Source: Snowella sp. (lineage in GTDB: Bacteria > Cyanobacteriota > Cyanobacteriia > Cyanobacteriales > Microcystaceae). Taken from it: 59,213 nt of DNA. The translations under genes and the position numbers were made by a program. The notes beneath the pieces were generated by a model. That model worked only from the letters and a program-made list of their open reading frames with translations, did no database searches and was not told where the DNA came from. Below are positions 7,397 through 16,563 of the stretch, in pieces (positions within the stretch are counted from its first letter, which is position 1; the number at the start of each line of letters is the position of its first letter). Location: contig JAYKGY010000056.1 in the NCBI GenBank assembly GCA_035285545.1, positions 1 through 59,213 of the forward strand, written 5' to 3'.

Positions 7397-10360
7397 ATGA
7401 AGCAAAGAAGGAAAGCAATGGGAAAATATCTATCGATAACGCTTAAAACCGTTTTCAACGGGAGCCAAAGATTGGCAAAAAGTTTATTAAACCTAGTCTC
7501 TGTCAGAAAATCTCGTCTTATTTTTCTGGGGTGTTTTGTATCGGCCCTAATGCTTCCGCTGTTATTTGCGCCGGTCACTGGGTCAATGCCCCTGAGTCAA
7601 GCCTCAACAACGGAATTAATTACTCAAGGAAAAACGTTTTATCAAAATCAACAATTTGAACAAGCTAAAAACACTTGGGAAAAAACAGCTCAATTGTTTG
7701 CCAATCAAGGCGATCGCCTAAATCAAGCCATGGCTTTAAGTAATTTGGCCTTAGCGCAGCAACAACTAGGACAATGGCAAGCGGCCAATCAGACGATTTT
7801 CCAGAGTTTAAATTTATTAGAAAATCAGCCCCAAACCCCAGAACAACAGCGTATCCTCGCCGCAACCTTCGATATTCAAGCCCAGGGTCAACTCGCTACG
7901 GGCCAAGCAGAAGCCGCCGTCAACACCTGGCAACAGACCATCCAACTCAATGACGCGATCGCCAATCCCGTCGGTGTCATGCAAAGCCGCATCAATCAGG
8001 CCCAAGCCTGGCAAGATTTAGGGCAATATCCCAAAGCCTGTCAAGGATTACTGACGGCACTAGATCTGAAGGCTTCAGAATGTCAAATTTCTCCCGCTCA
8101 ATTAGAAAATCTTCCCCTCTCTCCCTCGGACTCCCTGCAAATTTTGGGTTTACGCAGCTTAGGCAATGTTTTACGGATGACGGGACAAACCGAACAATCC
8201 CAACAAGTCTTATTAAAAGCCTTAGATTTAGCTCAAAACATAGCCTTAAAAAACGAAATTTCTCAAATTTACCTGAGTTTAGGGAATACCGCTAGAGCCT
8301 TGGGAAATAAAAACAGCACAACCCAATCCAAGCTTGTTCCCCCAGAAGGGGTTTCTTGTGTTCCCAACCAGCCCCAGAATGAAAAGTTTCCCTACTATCA
8401 GCAAGCCGCCTCCTGTTATCAACAAGCGATCTCCCAGGCTTCTCCCTTCAATACCGTCAAAGCCGAGATCAACCTGCTGGCCCTATTGACCCAAACCGAA
8501 CAGTGGAAGGAAATCCCCACGTTAATTCCTAACATTCAGTCGGATCTAGCTAAGCTTCCTGTGAACCAAGCGTCACTAACCTCTCAACTGAAATTAACCC
8601 AGGAGCTACTGTGTCTCCAATTGTTGAAATCAACCCCGACGCTCCAACGCGGTCAACTAGCGGCTTTGTCTCCCGTGATGCAGCAATGTCCGGCATTCCA
8701 AAAAATTACTCAAATTAAAAATCAAGAAGACCGCCAACCGTCTCAAAGTCCTCCCCTGACTCGCACAGTACAGTTTCTGAATACAGAGGCTCTCGCTTCT
8801 GCAACGCTTCCTTCTTTTCAGGAAATTGAGCAAAATACAATGCAGGTTTTCAGACAGGCTCAACAGTTGGGGGATAGGAGAAATGAAGCGGATGCCCTGG
8901 GTTATCTCGGCGCGATCGCGCAACAGAAGGGCGATTACCCACAAGCAGAGAATTACACCAAACAAGCATTACAACGCCTTTCAGCTTACTATTTTCCCGC
9001 TAGTGCCTACCGTTGGCAGTGGCAGTTAGGGCGACTCTATCGCCTGCAAAATCAAGCGGATTCTGCGATTAATGCCTATAACCTCGCCTATCAAACCCTC
9101 CAATCCCTGCGTCAAGAAATTGTCACCACCAATCCCGACATTCAATATACGTTCCGTGATGGGGTAGAACCTGTTTACCGAGAATACGTGGATTTATTAT
9201 TGCAGCCAGAGAATCCCGACCAAGAAACCTTGAAAAAAGCCCGTGACATCATTGAATCTTTACAGTTGGCGGAACTCAACAACTTTTTCCAGGAAGCCTG
9301 TCTAGAAGCCCAACCCCAACAGATTGATCAGATTGATCCCCAAGCCGCGGTGATTTACGGCATTGTCTTACCCGAACGCTTAGCGGTTATTCTGTCAGTC
9401 CCGAATCAACCCCTGCGGTATTATGCCACGGCTCAAAGTTCCCCTTCGGCTCAAGGCGGCGCGATCGCGATCGAACAAACGGTGGATCAATTATTTGCCA
9501 GTCTTAATCCTTTTATTGCTAGCCTTGACCCCTTAGAGCCAAAACGGAATCTTTACAATTGGTTAATTCGTCCCGCCGAAGCTGATTTAGCCAAAAGTCA
9601 GGTTAAAACACTGGTATTTGTTTTAGACGGAGCCTTACGGGGGATTCCGGTCGCCGCTCTCCACGATGGCAAACAGTATCTCGTCGAAAAATATAATTTG
9701 GCCTTAACACCGGGCTTACAACTGTTGAGTGCCCGTTCTCTCTCCCTCAAGCAATCTACGGTTTTAGTGGGGGGATTAACGGAAGCACGTTTAGGGTTTG
9801 ATCCTCTGCCGAGTGTAGAAAAAGAGGTCAAAGAGATTGCTTCTTTAGCGTCTGCCAAGGTGTTACTCAATGAGACCTTTACCCGCGATCGCCTAGAAAG
9901 CCAGATGCAGAGGCAAGATCAAGATTTTCCGATTGTTCACCTGGCTACCCATGGACAATTCTCTTCCCAAGCCGATCAGACCTTTTTAATAACCTGGGAT
10001 AAACGCATTAACGTCAAAGACTTAGATACGTTGCTCCGAGAACAAAATCAACTGACTCGCAATCCTATTGAATTATTAATTCTCAGTGCCTGTCAGACTG
10101 CGGTAGGAGATAAACGAGCGGCATTGGGCCTTGCGGGGGTAGCCGTGCGATCGGGAGCCAGAAGCACTGTCGCAACGTTATGGGCAATTCAAGACCAATC
10201 CACTGCGGATTTTATGACGGAATTTTACCAGGCGATTAGTAACCCTGAAACTAGCAAAGCAGATGCCCTACGCCAAGCCCAACTGGCCTTACTCCGTTCT
10301 CCCCAATATCAACACCCCTACTATTGGGCCCCCTTTGTCCTCATTGGCAATTGGATTTAG
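7397..10360 (+). CDS. TPR + CHAT domain (caspase/HetF-like) protease
   Basis: N-terminal hydrophobic signal/TM segment and TPR repeats. CHAT catalytic motifs VHLATHG and LILSAC are intact; C-terminal HPYYWAPF. Start uncertain (7355, 7397 or 7418). Confidence 0.92.
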   Translation: MKQRRKAMGKYLSITLKTVFNGSQRLAKSLLNLVSVRKSRLIFLGCFVSALMLPLLFAPVTGSMPLSQASTTELITQGKTFYQNQQFEQAKNTWEKTAQLFANQGDRLNQAMALSNLALAQQQLGQWQAANQTIFQSLNLLENQPQTPEQQRILAATFDIQAQGQLATGQAEAAVNTWQQTIQLNDAIANPVGVMQSRINQAQAWQDLGQYPKACQGLLTALDLKASECQISPAQLENLPLSPSDSLQILGLRSLGNVLRMTGQTEQSQQVLLKALDLAQNIALKNEISQIYLSLGNTARALGNKNSTTQSKLVPPEGVSCVPNQPQNEKFPYYQQAASCYQQAISQASPFNTVKAEINLLALLTQTEQWKEIPTLIPNIQSDLAKLPVNQASLTSQLKLTQELLCLQLLKSTPTLQRGQLAALSPVMQQCPAFQKITQIKNQEDRQPSQSPPLTRTVQFLNTEALASATLPSFQEIEQNTMQVFRQAQQLGDRRNEADALGYLGAIAQQKGDYPQAENYTKQALQRLSAYYFPASAYRWQWQLGRLYRLQNQADSAINAYNLAYQTLQSLRQEIVTTNPDIQYTFRDGVEPVYREYVDLLLQPENPDQETLKKARDIIESLQLAELNNFFQEACLEAQPQQIDQIDPQAAVIYGIVLPERLAVILSVPNQPLRYYATAQSSPSAQGGAIAIEQTVDQLFASLNPFIASLDPLEPKRNLYNWLIRPAEADLAKSQVKTLVFVLDGALRGIPVAALHDGKQYLVEKYNLALTPGLQLLSARSLSLKQSTVLVGGLTEARLGFDPLPSVEKEVKEIASLASAKVLLNETFTRDRLESQMQRQDQDFPIVHLATHGQFSSQADQTFLITWDKRINVKDLDTLLREQNQLTRNPIELLILSACQTAVGDKRAALGLAGVAVRSGARSTVATLWAIQDQSTADFMTEFYQAISNPETSKADALRQAQLALLRSPQYQHPYYWAPFVLIGNWI

Positions 10361-10389
10361 CAAAAATAAACATTTTAAGTCAGGGTTCA

Positions 10390-10938
10390 TTAACACCCTG
10401 CTCCCAATGGATTGGTTCCCAGACTATAGATTAAATCATCTGAATTGGCTTGGATTTGGGAATATTCATAGATTCCTGGCGTTGGATAGAGCACAGTATG
10501 ATTAGGTGTTTCTTTGCTATTATTTTTTCCTAGAAAAACAATCTGAACATAACAGTTTCCTGGACTGACAGATGTTAGATCATAGTCATACATGGAATCA
10601 AAGGGAACTTTACCGCTTGATTGGGTGTAAAAACATTCAATCCCAGATGGTCGAATATTCCGACTAGTATCAGCAGGAAAATTACCTTTTTCCATCCGAA
10701 AGGCCAGTAATTCTTTCGCCAGACATCCCATTTGACTTTTGGCTTCTCCGTAGCGAGCCTTATCAATCGTGGCAACATACGACGGAATCGCGATCGCGGC
10801 TAAAATGCCGACAATAATCGTCACAATTAAAATCTCCAGTAAGGTAAATCCCGAAAACAAAGAACGAGAAGTTAATTGTTTATTTTCGAGAACCAACAAC
10901 CGATACAGTAATTGTCGATAGGGGGATTGACACATCAT
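10390..10938 (-). CDS. Type IV pilin-like protein (prepilin N-terminal cleavage/methylation domain)
   Basis: G|FTLLEILIVTIIVGILAAIAIPSY with the conserved E5, plus several Cys in the head domain. Confidence 0.9.
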   Translation of the reverse strand: MMCQSPYRQLLYRLLVLENKQLTSRSLFSGFTLLEILIVTIIVGILAAIAIPSYVATIDKARYGEAKSQMGCLAKELLAFRMEKGNFPADTSRNIRPSGIECFYTQSSGKVPFDSMYDYDLTSVSPGNCYVQIVFLGKNNSKETPNHTVLYPTPGIYEYSQIQANSDDLIYSLGTNPLGAGC

Positions 10939-11129
10939 CTTACCGAAGTCAGCGACAGGAAACAGCCTGATGCCTTGATTTAGTGGGATTATGCCCCAGA
11001 TTAAATCAAAATCTATCCCGTAATTTCTCGGATGTTATGGGTATTTTTTAGAGCTAACTGGGTTGCTTGCCGTATTCAATTTCTGATAAAATTGCGGATC
11101 GGACTTATATTGCCAAAAGGAGGGTTATC

Positions 11130-11366
11130 ATGTCCCGTCGATGTCAACTTACAGGGAAAAAAGCCAATAATGCCTATGCAATTTCCCACTCTCACCGTCG
11201 TACCAAAAAATTACAACAAGTAAATTTACATTGGAAGCGTGTTTGGTGGGCAGAAGGGAATCGTTGGGTGAAATTACATTTATCCACGAAGGCGATTAAA
11301 ACCTTAGAAACCAAAGGTTTACAAGCAATGGCGAAAGAAGCCGGAATTAATTTAAATAAGTTTTAA
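11130..11366 (+). CDS. rpmB: 50S ribosomal protein L28
   Basis: [27 protein letters not shown]. The ATG at 11130 follows an AGGAGG SD, so the true start is shorter than in the ORF track. Confidence 0.97.
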   Translation: MSRRCQLTGKKANNAYAISHSHRRTKKLQQVNLHWKRVWWAEGNRWVKLHLSTKAIKTLETKGLQAMAKEAGINLNKF

Positions 11367-11484
11367 TTTAGGAATGGCTTTAAGTTTGGGGGTGAAACGT
11401 ACTTGTGGTTTCGAGAAAAATAGATTTGCCCCCCCTGCTTAGGGTTTGCTCATTGGTTGATTTTATTTAAGGTTGTTCAAAAAG

Positions 11485-12336
11485 TTATTCAAATGATTCG
11501 GGTAAGCCCCAATATCTCGCTCTTTCCTTTAGCCAGCCTGATTTTTTCCATTCATTAATCGCTGCATTCACCATTTGTCGGAGTCCCCAATATTGCATTC
11601 CTTTGGGCATAACGACGGCTAAGGCTTCTTCTGATAACTGTACGGGGAGGATGTGATAGGTGGGATATTCTTGCACCCAGCCGGTTAGGAGACTTTTATC
11701 GGCGGCAAAGGCATCAATTTTTCCTGTTTCCAGTAGTGAAAAGGCTTCTTGATAGGATTGTACGCCAACTAATTGGGCAGTGGAGAGGTTGGATCGAATA
11801 AGGGCGATCGCGTCCGAACCGTTGAGAACCCCAATGGTGCGGTTTCGTAAATCCCCTAAAGTTTTGATTTCGGGTTGATTACTAATCAGACCAATGCTAT
11901 CGAGGTAGTAATAGGGGCTAAATTCGACTAAACGGCTACGGGAATCATTCACGCTGACTCTCGCGACGACTAGATCCACTTTATTCTCTAATATCAGTTG
12001 TAAACGCGCTTGATTGGTGACGGGTTGAAGAGCGATCGCGTCTGCCTTCCCCAAAATCGATTGGGCTAACCGTTTGGCAATGTCAATCTCAAAACCTTGT
12101 AAATTGCCTTGAGCATCCTGAAATCCCAGGGGTCGTGTATTATCTTTCACCCCGACAATTAATTTTCCCCGTTGAATAATTTCGGACAGTTCTGCCGCGA
12201 TCGCAGGGGAACAAGGGCCAGACAATCCCATGGCCAAGCCAAGGGCGAAAGCCATTACGTTCAAATTCCAAAATTTAGGTAAAAAACGAGTCGTGCCGAA
12301 GTGAGGGTGATCATCGAGTACCTGTGCCATAAGCAT
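11485..12336 (-). CDS. Polar amino-acid ABC transporter substrate-binding protein (SBP family 3)
   Basis: RGKLIVGVKDNTRPLGF...GFEIDIAKRLA and DAFAAD motifs. The true start may be downstream. Confidence 0.88.
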   Translation of the reverse strand: MLMAQVLDDHPHFGTTRFLPKFWNLNVMAFALGLAMGLSGPCSPAIAAELSEIIQRGKLIVGVKDNTRPLGFQDAQGNLQGFEIDIAKRLAQSILGKADAIALQPVTNQARLQLILENKVDLVVARVSVNDSRSRLVEFSPYYYLDSIGLISNQPEIKTLGDLRNRTIGVLNGSDAIALIRSNLSTAQLVGVQSYQEAFSLLETGKIDAFAADKSLLTGWVQEYPTYHILPVQLSEEALAVVMPKGMQYWGLRQMVNAAINEWKKSGWLKERARYWGLPESFE

Positions 12337-12628
12337 TAACCTAAATAGCCCTATCCAAGTATTTTAAAAGCATTCCATCCCAGTTAATTCACCAAGTCAG
12401 TGAAAAAAATCGCCATAACCCCCCAGAGAACGCCCCAGGCAAGTTACAGCAATTAAAAATTAGGAGTCAGCACAATTGAGGAAATCGGTTAAAATCGGTT
12501 AACTGTTAACGGAATCGTCTCCCCTCAAACGGTTCAAAAGAAAAAGCAAACTAGCTGTTTCCAAAAGAATGAGTCTGGGGTCTAGATCCAGCTAGCTGCT
12601 GTAAACGAGGAATCGGGATACTCCACCC

Positions 12629-13369
12629 TCAACCGACCAATCCTGAACGCAAAGCTCGAACCGCAGCTTGGGTACGGTCATCAACGCATAGCTTATTCAA
12701 GATATTACGAACATGGGTTTTAACGGTTCCAATGGTGATGTAAAGCTTATCGGCAATATCGGCATTATTACAGCCTGCAACGATCAGGTCTAAAATTTCC
12801 AATTCCCGCGCCGTTAAAGGCGTATTTTCTAAGATACGTTGATATTCGGGTTCACTCGCTTGGATTGTCACTTTGGCACCACTGCCCCCCACCGTTTCGA
12901 CTTCTGTTACCGTTTCCATCGCAGGCGTGAGTTGTCGAACATAGTACAACACGATATTGGCGATCGCGGGATCAATCCAAGGATTCCCTTTCTGGGTAGA
13001 GCGGATTGCTTCTGTGAGCTTATCCACATTAATATCCTTCATGCAATAGGAATCAGCCCCAGCGGCAAAAGCAGCGAGAACAGAGTCCTGACTTTTGTGC
13101 ATTGTTAACATCAAAATTTTGGCCGTTGCGGGATCGTCGCTGGCATGGGTTTGTTTATAACGTCCTGCTACCTCTACCCCATCAATATCGGGCAGCCCAA
13201 TATCTAAAATGGCCACATCAGGCTTGGCACTGTCTAAAAGTTTTAGTCCTTGTAGCCCGGTCGCGGCTTCTCCTACCACTTCGAGATCTTCCACATGCCG
13301 TAGGGCGGTGACAAGACCAATGCGGGTTAAATCGTGATCTTCAATAATAATGATGCGAATCTTATCCAT
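12629..13369 (-). CDS. NarL/FixJ-family response regulator (REC + LuxR HTH)
   Basis: IEDHD...ILDIGLP receiver; LTARELEIL...TVKTHVRNILNKL LuxR HTH. Confidence 0.95.
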   Translation of the reverse strand: MDKIRIIIIEDHDLTRIGLVTALRHVEDLEVVGEAATGLQGLKLLDSAKPDVAILDIGLPDIDGVEVAGRYKQTHASDDPATAKILMLTMHKSQDSVLAAFAAGADSYCMKDINVDKLTEAIRSTQKGNPWIDPAIANIVLYYVRQLTPAMETVTEVETVGGSGAKVTIQASEPEYQRILENTPLTARELEILDLIVAGCNNADIADKLYITIGTVKTHVRNILNKLCVDDRTQAAVRALRSGLVG

Positions 13370-14108
13370 TGGTTTAATCGTTCATTCATTTAAGGTTTAT
13401 AGGGATAAATTCATCTATAACATCGTCCTAAACTTTACTATAATTCTATAACTTTAATCATTTAAGGTTGAGTCTTTTAGCATTTGTAAAGGCTTAATAG
13501 ATAGATTTTCTATAGGATTCAAGGGATTTTAATCTGTCTTGAGGGTGAGCTTTTGGCTATCTTTTTTAAAGTATCAAACTTATGCAAAATCTTTTGACTG
13601 ACAGCAGGTAGAATTACCCAAAAAAGAGGTTTTACTGAATTTGTTAAAGATTGACCCATTAGTAGTAGAAGACTTATGACTTGAGGGTAGGGAATACTTC
13701 CTTAAGCAGACAGGAGATCATCAACCGACGGGATAGCTACGCCTAAATTCCTATTCTTCTAAGAGAGTAGATCGTTTTTATGAATTTTTTGTGAATTGAG
13801 ATTTTTATGAATTTTTAATGATTGGAACTAAACTGATGGATGAGGGTTAAGATAAAAATGCTTAACGATAGGCAGTTCCCAATTGAGTAAAAAATGTCCC
13901 GATTCCCAAAACTCAAAACCATCAGATAAGCCTATGATAGCTTGTTCTGAATATTTCAAGTTATATGACTATCATGAAGGAAATACATTTGCTTTTCTCA
14001 ATCCTAATTTTCGACTATTCTTCCCTTAGTTTCAGCTGGGTTTGCCTCTGAAGTATTTGCCCGACTTATGAATGATGAACAGCAGCAAGCCGAATAAGGG
14101 AGGATGTC

Positions 14109-16235
14109 GTGATTAACGAAAACAAAACAACGAAAACGGAGAAATTGTTTGCTGGTGGTGGGGAAATGGGGGAACGAATACAGTCCTATGATTGGGCGCG
14201 ATCGCCGTTAGGAACTGTGGGGAGTTGGTCTGAAAACTTAAAAGTAATGGTTCGCCTCATGCTAACCTCTGGTCAACCGATGTTTATCTGGTGGGGAGAA
14301 GACTTAATTCAGCTATACAACGAGGCCTATAAAATGCTATTGGGGGATAAAGATCCCTCCGCTTTCGGGCAATCCGCTGTCTCCGTTTGGCAAGAACTTT
14401 GGGAACAGGTAGGGCCAAGGGTCGAATCGATTTTCCTCGACTCCGGCGGAAATAATGGACTGGTATCGGCGGTATGCGAACGGAATCAGTATTTAGAAGA
14501 AACCTATTTTCAGCTTTCTCTCAATCCCATTAAGGATGAGCAAGGAGAAGTCAAAGGCATTTGGGGCATTCAAACCGACCAGACCCAACGGGTGATCGGA
14601 GAACGTCAGTCGATGCTACTCCATCGATTGGCCATCCCTCCTGAGGAGCTAACCACGCCGATAGAGGCTTGTATGTGGAGTTTGGCCTGTTTGTCTACTA
14701 ATTCTCAGGATTTTCCCTTTGCGCTGATCTATGGGCGAGAGGAAACAGAGGGTTACTGGTCATTACTAGAATCCTACGGCCTTGAGCCAGGACAGAGCCT
14801 TGCTCCCCCAACCATTGCCTGGGAGGATCAATCGCTTTGGCCTTTTTCCCAGGCGATCGCGGCCCAGCAGCCCTACATTGTCAGCTTACTCGATAACCGT
14901 TCTGAGCCTTGTTCCAAAGGAGCCTGGCCGATTCCTCCTCACCAAGCCGTTGTTATTCCCCTAGCCCAATCCCATCAAATCTCAACTCTCCCTTGTTTAG
15001 TAGCCGGGTTAAATCCCTTCCGTCATTTAGATGGGAATTATCGCCAATTTATCGATCGCGTCGCGGCCCAAATTTCTGCCCATCTTATTCATGCTCAAGC
15101 TCAGGCCAACTTAAAACTGGTGAGAATGCGTCAACCGACCAGTCGGCAAGAACAACTATTAGGCAGAGAGCGGTTAGCCAATTTGTTAAATCAAGTCGAT
15201 GACGAATTTATGATGTTTGATCAGGACTGGCGTTATATTTATGTCAATCAACGGGCGGAACAGATTGCCGGATATTCACGGCAAGAGTTGTTGGGGCAAA
15301 GTATGTGGGAAATTTTTCCTGATCTCAAAGACAGCCAATTTCACCAAGAGTTACAACAGGCGTTGACAGAGCAAAAAATTAGACGATTTGAACATTACTA
15401 TGAGGCTTGGGACTGTTGGTACGAACATCGGGTTTATCCTTCCCCAGAAGGAATCGCGCTCTTTTGTACCAATATTACGGAGCGTAAACAAGCAGAACTG
15501 ACGTTGACCCAAACAACAGAATTGCTCAAAAAACGCAATCAAGAATTAGACCGCTTTGCCCATATTGTTTCCCACGATCTTAAGGCTCCTTTGCGGGCGA
15601 TCGCGAATCTTTCTCAATGGTTAGAAGAAGATCTCGTAGACAGACTCCCCCCTGACAATCAACAACAATTACAGTTATTGCGACAACGGGTGTATCGGAT
15701 GGAGTCCTTAATTAATAGCCTATTGGAATACTCGCGGGCAGACCGAACCCAGGTAGACGTAGAACGGGTGGCTGTAGAGCAACTCCTGAGCGAAGTGATT
15801 GATTCGATCTCGCCGCCGCCGGGCTTTACCATTCTCGTTCATCCCCCAATGCCGACCCTAACCGCTAAACGGGTTTTACTGAGTCAAGTGTTTGCCAATT
15901 TAATTGGGAATGCGATTAAGCATCACGATCAAACAATCGGTAAAATTGAAGTCTTGGCCGTTAAACATACTGATTGCTATCAATTTACGGTGAAAGATGA
16001 TGGGCCCGGCATTAGTGGGGAATACCATGAGAAAATTTTTGGTATTTTTCAAACGCTGAAAACCCATAATTCCCAAGAAAATACGGGGATTGGTTTATCG
16101 ATTGTCAAAAAAATCATTGATACCGAAGGCGGCAACGTTTGGGTCGAATCTGCTTTGGGGGAAGGCACCGCCTTTCATTTTACCTGGCCTCGTCAGGGGT
16201 CAATTGGGGCCCCTTCTTTTTTGGGCGATCGCTAA
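14109..16235 (+). CDS. Soluble sensor histidine kinase (PAS-like, GAF-like, PAS, HisKA, HATPase)
   Basis: N-terminal GGGEMG...DW..SPLG...W motif; PAS segment DQDWRYIYVN; H-box SHDLKAPL; NLIGNAIKH, DDGPGI and GIGLSIVK boxes. No TM segments. Confidence 0.93.
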   Translation: MINENKTTKTEKLFAGGGEMGERIQSYDWARSPLGTVGSWSENLKVMVRLMLTSGQPMFIWWGEDLIQLYNEAYKMLLGDKDPSAFGQSAVSVWQELWEQVGPRVESIFLDSGGNNGLVSAVCERNQYLEETYFQLSLNPIKDEQGEVKGIWGIQTDQTQRVIGERQSMLLHRLAIPPEELTTPIEACMWSLACLSTNSQDFPFALIYGREETEGYWSLLESYGLEPGQSLAPPTIAWEDQSLWPFSQAIAAQQPYIVSLLDNRSEPCSKGAWPIPPHQAVVIPLAQSHQISTLPCLVAGLNPFRHLDGNYRQFIDRVAAQISAHLIHAQAQANLKLVRMRQPTSRQEQLLGRERLANLLNQVDDEFMMFDQDWRYIYVNQRAEQIAGYSRQELLGQSMWEIFPDLKDSQFHQELQQALTEQKIRRFEHYYEAWDCWYEHRVYPSPEGIALFCTNITERKQAELTLTQTTELLKKRNQELDRFAHIVSHDLKAPLRAIANLSQWLEEDLVDRLPPDNQQQLQLLRQRVYRMESLINSLLEYSRADRTQVDVERVAVEQLLSEVIDSISPPPGFTILVHPPMPTLTAKRVLLSQVFANLIGNAIKHHDQTIGKIEVLAVKHTDCYQFTVKDDGPGISGEYHEKIFGIFQTLKTHNSQENTGIGLSIVKKIIDTEGGNVWVESALGEGTAFHFTWPRQGSIGAPSFLGDR

Positions 16236-16563
16236 CCAACGCTAACCGGAGAGACCTTTCCCAGAAGCGTTTTACCGAACAATCTACCATTGGTCGTATT
16301 CCTGAAGACAGAAAAATAGTGCCTGATAGCGAGAAGAAATCGGGGGAAAGTTTCGACAAAGGACAGATGTTAAAACATTTCAAAAAGGGAATAATCTAAA
16401 ATATTCCTTGATTTCTAAATTTCTATAGTGATTTTTTTCGTAATTTGCTGGATTCTCGCCTGGGTTTTTCCTAAACCGAGAATCAATCCCGTCGGCTTAG
16501 CCTCACAAAAAGACAAAGGTAGCAAAAAAAATTCCTTAAACCGAATCTTGAGATCTCAGAATA

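Noticed and set aside
11067..11129. Extended L28 N-terminus
   Set aside because: The SD and canonical MSRRC start are at 11130.
12482..12501. Direct repeat AAATCGGTTA x2 upstream of the ABC substrate-binding gene
   Set aside because: Short duplication with a 10-bp period; not enough evidence for a regulatory site.
13020..13028. Perfect DnaA box TTATCCACA
   Set aside because: Single copy inside a coding sequence; expected by chance.
14109..16235. Phytochrome or cyanobacteriochrome call for the first kinase
   Set aside because: No PAS-GAF-PHY arrangement, and no DIP or CH bilin-binding motifs recognised.
16139..16399. 86-aa ORF between the two kinases
   Set aside because: Overlaps the kinase 3' end, has a TTG start without an SD, and shows no motif.
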